A model generated the notes under the pieces. It saw nothing but the letters and a program-made list of their open reading frames with translations. It ran no database searches and was not told where the DNA came from. From sequence record PP968062.1: DNA of 64,000 bases; one strand, given 5' to 3'. The position numbers and the translations under genes were made by a program. Of this stretch, positions 18,991-27,871 are shown piece after piece. The DNA is from Pseudomonas phage HPP-Temi. Every line of letters begins with the position of its first letter. The first letter of the stretch is position 1.

Positions 18991-20004
18991 TTAAAGCTCA
19001 CGGAGTTGCTTTTCAGTGGCAGCCAGTACGTTGTTGGTTTCGATGATGCGTGTCATCTGAATGGAATACCATTCAACCCACTTAGCAACCTGGGTAAGTT
19101 CTTCGGACATCATCTTAGCGAATTCACTAGATGTCTTAACATCGCCGTCTTTACCGATACGTTCCATTAGTGCAGTTACGGTTTGGCTCAGAGCCTCTAC
19201 TGCACCCTTAACGGTGGATGTATCGCCACCTTTAAGGATAGAGTTGATTTCGAACATGTGCTGTTCAGATTCAACGAAATCATTCAGAGAGCTATACAGC
19301 TTACCGAAAGAAGCAGTCGATTGACGGTTAGCAGCAAAGAACTGAGCATCAGCTTTGATTAGCTGATCGATCGAATGATCAATATCGATACCGTATTGGA
19401 AGTCACGGCGTTCAGCACGATCTTCCGGAGTAGTTAGATAGTGACCAAAGCGTGCAGTTGCAGGCTTGATTACTTTCTCTACTACTTGAGCCATTACCTG
19501 AGCACGGCCAACCAAACCAGCGGTATAAGGGAGCATCTCACCTTTAAAGCCAGTCGGCTGAGGAACGATTTCTTTCTCTACTTCGAAGTAATCCAGAGTT
19601 ACAACGAAACCTTTCATGGAGAGAGGGTTCAGTGGTAGTAGGGGGTCGTAGTTCCACGTAGTCAGATAGCGGAAACCATCTTTGATATGGACACCCATGT
19701 TGGATACTTTACGAGAGAACCAGTTAGACACGTTACCGATGTAACCAGCTTCGGTGGAAATAGTACCGAGGGCATCGAATAGTTTGTCTGTAGGAGTTTG
19801 GTCGATCGGGAGAGCTTCAGTCTCCGGAGTCTGTTCCGCAGCTTGAGGACTACCTTCAGTGAAGAACTTGTTTTGAGAGCTATCAAAGATAACATCATCA
19901 GTCTGGATGTTTTCGTTGGAAGGCTTCTCAGCGTATTTGTTAATAAAACTATTTAGCATGGCTGTTTTCCTATGGTGTACAAGAGTTGCGAATTCTCTAA
20001 ACAT
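18991..20004 (-). CDS. hypothetical protein
   Basis: 337-aa ORF, only minus-strand gene inside the plus-strand island. Confidence 0.6.
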   Translation of the reverse strand: MFREFATLVHHRKTAMLNSFINKYAEKPSNENIQTDDVIFDSSQNKFFTEGSPQAAEQTPETEALPIDQTPTDKLFDALGTISTEAGYIGNVSNWFSRKVSNMGVHIKDGFRYLTTWNYDPLLPLNPLSMKGFVVTLDYFEVEKEIVPQPTGFKGEMLPYTAGLVGRAQVMAQVVEKVIKPATARFGHYLTTPEDRAERRDFQYGIDIDHSIDQLIKADAQFFAANRQSTASFGKLYSSLNDFVESEQHMFEINSILKGGDTSTVKGAVEALSQTVTALMERIGKDGDVKTSSEFAKMMSEELTQVAKWVEWYSIQMTRIIETNNVLAATEKQLREL

Positions 20005-20061
20005 AAAATTACTCTCAATATCAATAAAGTGATTGGCTAATCACTAAAAAAGGTAATATCA

Positions 20062-21501
20062 ATGTTCGCGAAACACTTCCAACGTCCGGCCTTCCGTCCG
20101 GCGATCAACATCGGTTGTTTGATGGATGTCTCTACCGGTAAATATGAACAAGGTAAGCACGGTGAGATGATCTGCAACGGCGGCCTTGGTCCAATGACTG
20201 GTATCGCTTCCCGTCCTAACAACTTTAAAACAGCCCTGGCTGTTTATATGCTGGCGATGGTTCGTCGGGCAATGCCTGGTTCTCACGGCATGATCTATGA
20301 TACGGAGGGTACTCTTAACCCGGTGGCTCGTTTCAGTAGCCTGGCTGAACAGTTTAGCGATCTCCAGAAGATCGATTGGGAACACGATGAACAATTCATG
20401 TTCACTGACCTTTCTCGCTATACTGGTGACGAGTTCTTCAAACTCTTCCGTACTGCTCTGGGTGAGAAAGAGAAAGCAGAGAAAGAATATCAACGCACTA
20501 CTCCGTTCCTTGACGTTGAAGGTAACAATAAGAAGTGCATGTATCCGACTACTGGTCTGATCGATAGCTTTTCTAAGTTCATCGTTACTGCTGTTTCGGA
20601 TATGTACGAAAAGAACGCCATTGGTGCTTCCGGTAACAACACCGACGCAATGACCAACGGTAAGGCAAAGAACCAGCTGTTCAACCAACTGCCTCAGGTA
20701 TGTGCTAAGACTGGTACTTACATCGTACTGACTGCACACACTGGTGACATCATCCAAATGGAGATGTACCCGACTGACAAACGTAACCTTTCTCACATGA
20801 AGAAAGATACCGTTCTGAAAGGTGTGAGCTCTGGCTTCTACTCGCTACCTAACAACGTGTTCTCTATCGAATCGAATAAGCCTCTGATCAACAAAGAGAA
20901 GATGCCGCTGTATCCGATCGATAACTCCACGGCTATGGAAGGTGACACTGACCTTAAGATCCTCGAAGTAATGAACCTTCGTGGTAAAGGTGGTATCACT
21001 GGTCTTCCATTCCACATCGTGGTATCGCAGACTGAAGGTGTACTCCCGTCACTGACCGAGTTCCACTACTGCAAAGAGAATGGTTGGGGTATTGGCGGTA
21101 ACCTGCTGAACTACTACATTGAACTCTGTCCGGATATCAAGCTTAGTCGTACCACTGTACGTAAGAAGCTGATGGAAAATGAATCTCTTCGTCGCGCTGT
21201 TGAAATTCAATCTGAGATGCTTCAACTGATTCAGTTCCAACGTTGGACAGCTGAAGACGTGTGCGATCCGAAGACACTGTACGAAGATCTGAAAGCAATG
21301 GGTTACGATTGGGATAATATCCTGACCAATACTCGTGGCTATTGGATGTGTGAAGAAGACGAAGCTCTCACTGAGAAGAAGTTCCTCTCCACCTACGATC
21401 TTCTGCGCATGCGTACCGGTGATTACAAACCTTACTGGATGACCGATGATGAACGTGCTAAAATTATTCCGCTGGATCTGGCCAAAGCCAAAGCAGCCTA
21501 A
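20062..21501 (+). CDS. RecA/UvsX-like recombinase-fold protein (divergent P-loop)
   Basis: G..GPMTGIASRPNNFKTALAVYMLAMV aligns with the RecA P-loop region; KFIVTAVSDMYEKNAIGASGNNTDAMTNGKAKNQLFNQLPQVCAKTGTYIVLTAH parallels RecA LIVVDSVAAL...MGLAARMMSQAMRKL...LIFINQ. Confidence 0.5.
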   Translation: MFAKHFQRPAFRPAINIGCLMDVSTGKYEQGKHGEMICNGGLGPMTGIASRPNNFKTALAVYMLAMVRRAMPGSHGMIYDTEGTLNPVARFSSLAEQFSDLQKIDWEHDEQFMFTDLSRYTGDEFFKLFRTALGEKEKAEKEYQRTTPFLDVEGNNKKCMYPTTGLIDSFSKFIVTAVSDMYEKNAIGASGNNTDAMTNGKAKNQLFNQLPQVCAKTGTYIVLTAHTGDIIQMEMYPTDKRNLSHMKKDTVLKGVSSGFYSLPNNVFSIESNKPLINKEKMPLYPIDNSTAMEGDTDLKILEVMNLRGKGGITGLPFHIVVSQTEGVLPSLTEFHYCKENGWGIGGNLLNYYIELCPDIKLSRTTVRKKLMENESLRRAVEIQSEMLQLIQFQRWTAEDVCDPKTLYEDLKAMGYDWDNILTNTRGYWMCEEDEALTEKKFLSTYDLLRMRTGDYKPYWMTDDERAKIIPLDLAKAKAA

Positions 21502-21577
21502 GGAAGGGGTCGTAATAGTCGACCCTATCCCGTCTGACCGAAGTCAACTAGGTTCTATTCACGATGCAGTTCCTCAT

Positions 21578-21850
21578 ATGCAGGAACTAGGCATTAATGA
21601 TCATAGCGATCTGATGGTGGATTCGAAACAGAACGATTGGTACAGTCGTTACAGAAACAGTCCGCAATACCAGCCAGTTATTGCACCACTGATCACGAGA
21701 CGTCCTATAACGCATCAGGGAGGCCGTGGATACGCTTCTGGACGCGGAGCTGAGGATTTGGACCTGAGTGACACAGTCTTTTCTGTAGAGGTCGCTGCGG
21801 CCCTTACCACTGATAGTAGTTCTCCCAGTGATTCTACTAGCTATGATTAA
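21578..21850 (+). CDS. possible small ORF (~90 aa) in otherwise non-coding 400-bp region
   Basis: in-frame ATG of ORF 21446..21850 lying beyond the preceding gene; followed by a family hairpin; no strong RBS. Confidence 0.25.
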   Translation: MQELGINDHSDLMVDSKQNDWYSRYRNSPQYQPVIAPLITRRPITHQGGRGYASGRGAEDLDLSDTVFSVEVAAALTTDSSSPSDSTSYD

Positions 21851-21853
21851 CAA

Positions 21854-21884
21854 CATAGACGGGAGCTCGCGCTCCCTCTATGCC
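21854..21884. terminator. stem-loop CATAGACGGGAGC-TCGC-GCTCCCTCTATGCC
   Basis: divergent member of the hairpin family, 15 nt upstream of 21899 start. Confidence 0.45.
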
Positions 21885-21898
21885 AAGTAGGTATCCCA

Positions 21899-22246
21899 AT
21901 GAACGTCTATACTTATCAAATCGCTAAATGGCGAAAGGTTAGACGGAAGCACATCTTTCCCTTGGATACAACTATAAAGAGTGGCGAAGAGCTATTAGCC
22001 CCTACCTGGAATATGGTAATGGGCCATAAAGCCGGAACGATCACTGACGAACAATACGAGGAGGTCTATATGGACCTTCTTGCCGAACGCTACGTAGCGT
22101 TCCCAGATTACTTCGAGTGGCTAACTGGGTTGGAAGAGGTTGCACTAGGATGTTACTGTCCAGCCGGAAAGTTCTGCCACCGACATTTGCTTGTTAAATT
22201 CTTAAAAGAAATAGTAGAGGTAAACTACCTAGGCGAAATAGAGTAG
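21899..22246 (+). CDS. hypothetical protein with CxC...CH cysteine cluster (DUF4326-like?)
   Basis: 115 aa; GCYCPAGKFCHRHLL motif; family assignment from memory only. Confidence 0.45.
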   Translation: MNVYTYQIAKWRKVRRKHIFPLDTTIKSGEELLAPTWNMVMGHKAGTITDEQYEEVYMDLLAERYVAFPDYFEWLTGLEEVALGCYCPAGKFCHRHLLVKFLKEIVEVNYLGEIE

Positions 22247-22267
22247 TTACCTGATCAGGAAATTCCC

Positions 22268-22588
22268 ATGACTAACACCATTGATTACCGCGCTGTTATT
22301 TTCCAGCGTACTCGTGCCGTTGACGTTGAGGTTGCAGAGGATCTGTACCGACGTATGCCTGTTATCACCGATCTGGCAAACCTTAACCAGTTCTTCCATT
22401 TACTGTTGGCTCAATACAAGATCAACACTTTGGAACTACGGTGCACTCTTAACGAAGTGAATGACTTTGAAGTGTGGTGGCGGAATTTCTCCACTAACTT
22501 CATTCCTCTCTTCCGTAAGAAGCGCCTCCCTCCCTGTACTGATACCGCAGCGATGCCCATGTATCACTGCGAGTCTAAATCAATCTGA
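22268..22588 (+). CDS. hypothetical protein
   Basis: 106-aa ORF. Confidence 0.5.
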   Translation: MTNTIDYRAVIFQRTRAVDVEVAEDLYRRMPVITDLANLNQFFHLLLAQYKINTLELRCTLNEVNDFEVWWRNFSTNFIPLFRKKRLPPCTDTAAMPMYHCESKSI

Positions 22589-22623
22589 GTAATCGTATGC
22601 TCTTTTGATTTATAGAGGTGATC

Positions 22624-23298
22624 ATGAAGCCCAATCGTAAAGTCCTTGAACAAGAGATTCTCTATTTCATCGACATGTTCCGACCTGGGAGTGAAAACGT
22701 TAAGATCTATCAGGAACTCTTTGATCGTTACTCGGACGAAGAGTTCTTTGAATGGATGGAACGTTTAGAGGCTGGCGAAGTACTGGCTCTCTATGCTCCC
22801 AACCTAGAAGAACCAACTCTGAGCATTGCACAGAACTATAAAGTCGCTGATGCCCTTGGATTTGAGCTCTTCCAACACCTGATCCTAACTGACCCAGGTA
22901 CTGGTCAAGTATATAAGACTCAGAATAAACACCTTGTCGGTATGGTGCCTCTGCGTCGACAAGTACAGATGCTAGCTAAGAAGGCTTCTATTCCCGGCTC
23001 TAACACGGTCGTGGATGAACGTTCTGGTCAAGCGACTGGTGACAGTAAGGGTGCACGACTATCCGCTCCAGAGATCCAGGTTAACGCCTCTAAAGGTCTT
23101 AACAACATGGTTCTTGAACTTATTAAGTTCCGTGGTGGCGACGAGAAGGCGTACAACGCCATGAACCGTTCTATCATTGAAACTGGTGAAGCCTCTCTGG
23201 ATTCTATTATGGCTGAGACGCCTTCGCAAGTTAAGTCTAACAAGACCATGTCTGTCTATCTGAAGGCTATGCACTTGCAGAACAACCTCGTGGGGTAA
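22624..23298 (+). CDS. hypothetical protein
   Basis: ATG 22624 with AGAGGTGA RBS (ORF track start 22618 is a GTG). Confidence 0.55.
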   Translation: MKPNRKVLEQEILYFIDMFRPGSENVKIYQELFDRYSDEEFFEWMERLEAGEVLALYAPNLEEPTLSIAQNYKVADALGFELFQHLILTDPGTGQVYKTQNKHLVGMVPLRRQVQMLAKKASIPGSNTVVDERSGQATGDSKGARLSAPEIQVNASKGLNNMVLELIKFRGGDEKAYNAMNRSIIETGEASLDSIMAETPSQVKSNKTMSVYLKAMHLQNNLVG

Positions 23299-23300
23299 CA

Positions 23301-23777
23301 ATGGCTATTAACAATCCAGAAGCAGGTATTAGCGAAGTATTGCAGAATGCCCTAGGGGTTGCTATTAGTGAACTGGTATCTGTCGATGACTCTTTAGTTG
23401 TTGCACAGATCCTAGAGCATATTAGCGAACTTCGAAACAACATGATGATCTCCAGTTTTAACGATCGAGTTATCATCAATCAGATTTGGAGCGGTATCCG
23501 TTCTAAGCAAGATGTACTAGGTAGCTTACTGTCTACTGTTACGACCTTCACCATGGAGATCGAGAACGTAGATGTAGCTATTGAATATCTCTGTAAACGA
23601 ATCGTACCGTTTACTCCAGATTCGGCAATGGTTGACCGTGAACTACTGGGTAAGGCTGCTAATGTAGACGAGCTCTATGGTACGTTCCAACAGAATCATT
23701 GGTTGTTCTTCCTTGTGTATGCTTCTACACAACTTCGCCATGTTAACAACATTATTGCACAGGCGAAAATAGCATGA
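23301..23777 (+). CDS. hypothetical protein
   Basis: 158-aa ORF, 2 nt after the previous stop. Confidence 0.5.
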   Translation: MAINNPEAGISEVLQNALGVAISELVSVDDSLVVAQILEHISELRNNMMISSFNDRVIINQIWSGIRSKQDVLGSLLSTVTTFTMEIENVDVAIEYLCKRIVPFTPDSAMVDRELLGKAANVDELYGTFQQNHWLFFLVYASTQLRHVNNIIAQAKIA

Positions 23778-24535
23778 TCAAACGTATTCTGGTTCCTCTT
23801 GATGTATTACTCGACACTCGTTTGGGTGTCATGCGTACGCTTAACAAGGAGGCAGCAGAACGATTGGTTTCCACAAAGGAATATTGGCTTCGTGAAAATG
23901 ACGACTGGACTGCCTTAACAGGCGGTCTAGTTACCACGGAGCAATTCAAAGAAGCTTATGCTGATCGTGGTGGGGATAACTCCGCTGATACTATCAACGC
24001 TTCTATCCTAACAGGTATCAGTCCGTTCTTGATGCGTATCCTTGCAGAAGACCATGTAAACAGAATGGATAACATGGGTAACCCTGAAGACGAGATTGGT
24101 TTAACCATTAACGTCTGGCCGTATAAACTCCCTGGAGATGTTGTCGATGATCTAGAGACAATTATCCAAGAGATCTATGGTGAGGAAATGCCCGTCGAAG
24201 TGGTTAGTCATCCTCTAGAGGAACTTACTCCTAAATTTCTGGATGCTCTCTACTCAATGTATCTTACTTATGATTTCCATGAGTGGATGCATACGCATTA
24301 TCTGGCTCTGTCTCAAGTACAGATGCCATGCTTTAACTTTATCGGACCTAAGCTATTCGAACGTGATGTTAGTAAACTCACCGTAGAAGAGAAGAAATTC
24401 GAACTATTCAAGTTCCGTGTTGAACGTTTGATTCATATGGACTTTGAATTCATTGATGCTAAATATTTCTCTATGTTAAGGCCCGGAGAAAATGGTATCG
24501 AGTTAGAACAAGACGACATAAAAGCCCAGGGTTGA
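23774..24535 (+). CDS. hypothetical protein
   Basis: 253-aa ORF, ATGA overlap with upstream gene; stop codon lies inside the following hairpin. Confidence 0.55.
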   Translation: MIKRILVPLDVLLDTRLGVMRTLNKEAAERLVSTKEYWLRENDDWTALTGGLVTTEQFKEAYADRGGDNSADTINASILTGISPFLMRILAEDHVNRMDNMGNPEDEIGLTINVWPYKLPGDVVDDLETIIQEIYGEEMPVEVVSHPLEELTPKFLDALYSMYLTYDFHEWMHTHYLALSQVQMPCFNFIGPKLFERDVSKLTVEEKKFELFKFRVERLIHMDFEFIDAKYFSMLRPGENGIELEQDDIKAQG

Positions 24536-24550
24536 TCCCTGGGCTTTATG
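24517..24550. terminator. palindromic stem-loop CATAAAAGCCCAGGG-TTGAT-CCCTGGGCTTTATGCCG
   Basis: between convergent 23774..24535(+) and 24560..27871(-). Confidence 0.6.
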
Positions 24551-24559
24551 CCGCTATTA

Positions 24560-27500
24560 TTAGTAGCCAGCACCTTTGGCACCGATCCATTCACTACCAT
24601 CCCACAGAAGGGTGATGACAGTTTTGGTGGCGGCCAGTTCAGGAGCAGTCGAATCATTCCACTTGAACTTACCGGTGAAGGTAGGCATTACAGCACCTGC
24701 CAGTACCAGTACAGCTGTGACCATACGACCAGTCGGACCATCGGCCAGAGTGATTGCACGTTGAGCAGAAGCATCGACGTTGTAGCACTGTTGGTTAGCC
24801 GGAGTCAGGGTGAATGCTGCGTTTACCGAAGAAGTCTTCAGGCTGTAGGTGTCGAAACCTTTAGTGATTTCTACCCAAGCAGAAGTACCAGCAGCGGTAG
24901 TCTGACGACCGAAGACCTTAGTAGCGTCAACAGCCGGTTCCGGAATGGTTACCAGTTCTTTCCACTCGCCTTTGGAACGAGTGTAGTTCTTGGCATCCGG
25001 AGCATCCGCAGCGATGATTGCAGCAGGTACTTCTACCCAGCTGGACACGCCAGCAACAGTAGTCTTACGAGCGTACAGTTTGTCATCGTTAGCGGTTTCA
25101 GGAACTACAGCAGCCCAAGCACCGTCTTTACGAGCGTATGCCTTACCATCACTTGCGGCGTCTTTGAAGATTTCAGTCTCAACCCAAGACTTAGTACCTT
25201 TCAGTACGAAGAACTTGTTCTCGTCGTTACCAGTCGGATTCGGGGCAGCGGGTACCCAAGAACCTTTAGAACGAGAGAAGACACCAGTGGCAGCAGCAAC
25301 GTCTTCAACTACAGCAATGCCGAGTTCGAACGGAGCCCACTCAGTAGTACCGTCAGCTTTACCTTTACGAACGTATTGTTCGCCTTCAGCAGCAGCTTCA
25401 ACTTCGTCTACGAGTAGCGGAGCCCAACCCATCTGGTAACGGACCATCTTCTTGTTCTGGTCGACGGTTTCTACTTCAGCAACCGGTACGTCCAGCAGTT
25501 GGATGAACTCTTTCCAGCCTTGAGCATCGCGATACCAAACCTTACCGGATTTGTCCAAGCACCAGTCGTCTTGTACACCGATAGTGTTGTTCGGGGTGTC
25601 TACGCCTTGCGGCAGAATTACCCAACGGGAACCTTTGTCACCCTTAGCACCTTGGATACCACGAGGACCAACGATACCCTGATCACCCTTATCGCCTTTC
25701 TCACCTTTAGCACCAACAGTGAAGCTACCCAGGTTCAGGTACTTCTCAGTGTCATCGGCACCATCAACAGCCCACACGTAAAGTTCTTTCGAACCTTCCG
25801 GACCTACAGAGTAAGCGTTACCTACTGTGTTAGTCGGATGTGCTGTTTTCAGAGCGGCTTCAGTCGGGTAGTCACCCATGATCTTGATGCCTTGGCCAAT
25901 TTCGCCTTGGTCACCTTTGATACCCTGAGGACCATCATCACCCTTCGGACCCTGGATGTTGAACGGACCGTCGTAGGTATTCGTCGAGCGGTTAGCTACG
26001 TAGATTACCTTAACAGTGTCATCACCTTGGATCTCGGAAACGATGTAGGCTTCGCCGTCAGCAGGATCGGTTTCACCAGCTACCAGTTCAGGTAGTTGAG
26101 ATACATCACCAACTTCACCAACGATACGCATGGATTGACCACGCTCACCTTGGTCACCTTTCTGACCGATAGGGCCTGCGGAAACGAACTGGGTACCGCT
26201 AACGTTTACGTAGACATCACCACCTTTAACAACAACGGCTTTACCTTTGTTGTCAGCCGAAGCCGGAGGTACTTCTTCTACGGTGTTAACGATGGCGATA
26301 ATCTCGAAGTTCTCACCTGGATCACCCTTAGGACCTGCGTCGCCAGTATCACCTTTCGAGCCGGCATCACCTTTGTCCCCTTTATCACCCTTGTCGCCTT
26401 TCGCACCAGTGTGAGTACCAAGGTCAACCCAGACACCATCGATGAACATGTAGAGGTGGCGGTTATCAGCAGCTACCCAAGCTTCCTGTTCTTGCGGATC
26501 CGGAATTGCTTGGATTGCAGCCAGGTCAGCCAGTACGCCGGAGATTACAAGGTTCTTACCACCGTCACCGGTGTCACCTTTATCCCCTTTCAGACCAGTA
26601 TCACCCTTGTCACCTTTATCCCCTTTGTCGCCTTTCTCACCCTTGAACTGGCCAAGGTTGATCAGGTCGCCTTCGGAAGCAACGGGAGTTTTGGAAACGT
26701 AGTACAGAGTGTTAACGTCACGGACAGCGTAGGCTTTCTTGATAACAAGAGTAGAGCCAGCAGCCAGCAGGTCAGTCATGGTCGGATAGGTACCGAGGAT
26801 TTCCAGGTTTTCACCAGGAGCACCATCGACACCGTTGGCACCAGGCTCACCCGGATCACCTTTATCGCCCTTGTCACCTTTAGGACCGTCGCCACCAAGG
26901 ACGCCGTCTTCACCCTTATCACCCTTCGGACCTTGCCAGGTACCCAGGTCCATCCACTTGTTCTCGTCTACGGAGAACACGAACAGATGACGAACACCTT
27001 CTACCATTACGGAGTAGGCTTCTTCGGGTTTGGAATCACCAGCCAGGGGAAGATCACCTACGGAAGCCAGGTCAGCTTTGATGGTGAACGGTGTGGCATC
27101 TTTACCGGGGTTACCGGTATCGCCTTTCAGACCCTTATCGCCTTTATCGCCCTTGTCACCAGTATCACCTTTAGGACCCTGGGGACCCTGCGGTACGATC
27201 TGAATGTATGCGTAGTTGTCCGGGAAGATATCCTCTTCACCAGCTTTCAGCATGAAGGTGTAAAGAGCGTTCTTCCAACCATAGGTATCGCCTTTGGCGG
27301 CCAGCGGAGGCAGTTCTTGGTTGTCGGGCCATTGACCACGGATAACCAGACCAGTACCTTCCGGTCCACGCATATCACCGGAGTTAATCCACTGACCTTT
27401 ATCCGGCGAACCAGATTCAGGAGCAGACCAAACCATCAGGACGGTGTCAGTAGCGCCACGGACGAACCAAGCATCACCGAATTCCCAAGTATCGATGGGA

Positions 27501-27871
27501 GCAATGTTGGTATCGAAGTCGTCTTTAGTTACGGTACTTTTGATATTGGTAACAGGGCCCGGTTCACCCGGATCACCTTGCAGACCAGTATCACCTTTAG
27601 CGCCGTCTTCGCCTTTCAGCGATTCCAGCCACTCGGCTTCTGTACCTTGATAACCGGCATCAACTGCCAGTTGGAATGCGGATTTACCATCCGCACCGTC
27701 GTCACCTTTCAGACCTTCAATTTCTGTCGGATCTTTAAAAGTGGTAGCCAGGCCAGCCCCGGTCGAAACCGGGATCTTGCCTGCAACTACCGCAAGAGGA
27801 TCGTCCTCGGTCGAAATACGCTTAGGTAGTTCACCGTTAACGAAAATTTCAAATGCGGATTCACCAGCCAT
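24560..27871 (-). CDS. collagen-like repeat tail fibre protein (1103 aa)
   Basis: multiple (G-X-Y)n blocks dominated by GDKGDKGDKGD plus GEPGP/GPQGPKG triplets; N-terminus carries KSAFQLAVDAGYQGTEAEWLESLKG module shared with the two following genes; TAATG coupling to upstream gene. Confidence 0.8.
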   Translation of the reverse strand: MAGESAFEIFVNGELPKRISTEDDPLAVVAGKIPVSTGAGLATTFKDPTEIEGLKGDDGADGKSAFQLAVDAGYQGTEAEWLESLKGEDGAKGDTGLQGDPGEPGPVTNIKSTVTKDDFDTNIAPIDTWEFGDAWFVRGATDTVLMVWSAPESGSPDKGQWINSGDMRGPEGTGLVIRGQWPDNQELPPLAAKGDTYGWKNALYTFMLKAGEEDIFPDNYAYIQIVPQGPQGPKGDTGDKGDKGDKGLKGDTGNPGKDATPFTIKADLASVGDLPLAGDSKPEEAYSVMVEGVRHLFVFSVDENKWMDLGTWQGPKGDKGEDGVLGGDGPKGDKGDKGDPGEPGANGVDGAPGENLEILGTYPTMTDLLAAGSTLVIKKAYAVRDVNTLYYVSKTPVASEGDLINLGQFKGEKGDKGDKGDKGDTGLKGDKGDTGDGGKNLVISGVLADLAAIQAIPDPQEQEAWVAADNRHLYMFIDGVWVDLGTHTGAKGDKGDKGDKGDAGSKGDTGDAGPKGDPGENFEIIAIVNTVEEVPPASADNKGKAVVVKGGDVYVNVSGTQFVSAGPIGQKGDQGERGQSMRIVGEVGDVSQLPELVAGETDPADGEAYIVSEIQGDDTVKVIYVANRSTNTYDGPFNIQGPKGDDGPQGIKGDQGEIGQGIKIMGDYPTEAALKTAHPTNTVGNAYSVGPEGSKELYVWAVDGADDTEKYLNLGSFTVGAKGEKGDKGDQGIVGPRGIQGAKGDKGSRWVILPQGVDTPNNTIGVQDDWCLDKSGKVWYRDAQGWKEFIQLLDVPVAEVETVDQNKKMVRYQMGWAPLLVDEVEAAAEGEQYVRKGKADGTTEWAPFELGIAVVEDVAAATGVFSRSKGSWVPAAPNPTGNDENKFFVLKGTKSWVETEIFKDAASDGKAYARKDGAWAAVVPETANDDKLYARKTTVAGVSSWVEVPAAIIAADAPDAKNYTRSKGEWKELVTIPEPAVDATKVFGRQTTAAGTSAWVEITKGFDTYSLKTSSVNAAFTLTPANQQCYNVDASAQRAITLADGPTGRMVTAVLVLAGAVMPTFTGKFKWNDSTAPELAATKTVITLLWDGSEWIGAKGAGY

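Noticed and set aside
26330-27180. Short direct DNA repeats (ggtgacaaaggtgataaagg...) that could look like a CRISPR or tandem-repeat array
   Set aside because: They are in frame inside the fibre gene and encode GDKGDKGDK collagen triplets. There are no unique spacers or leader, and the periodicity is 9 nt.
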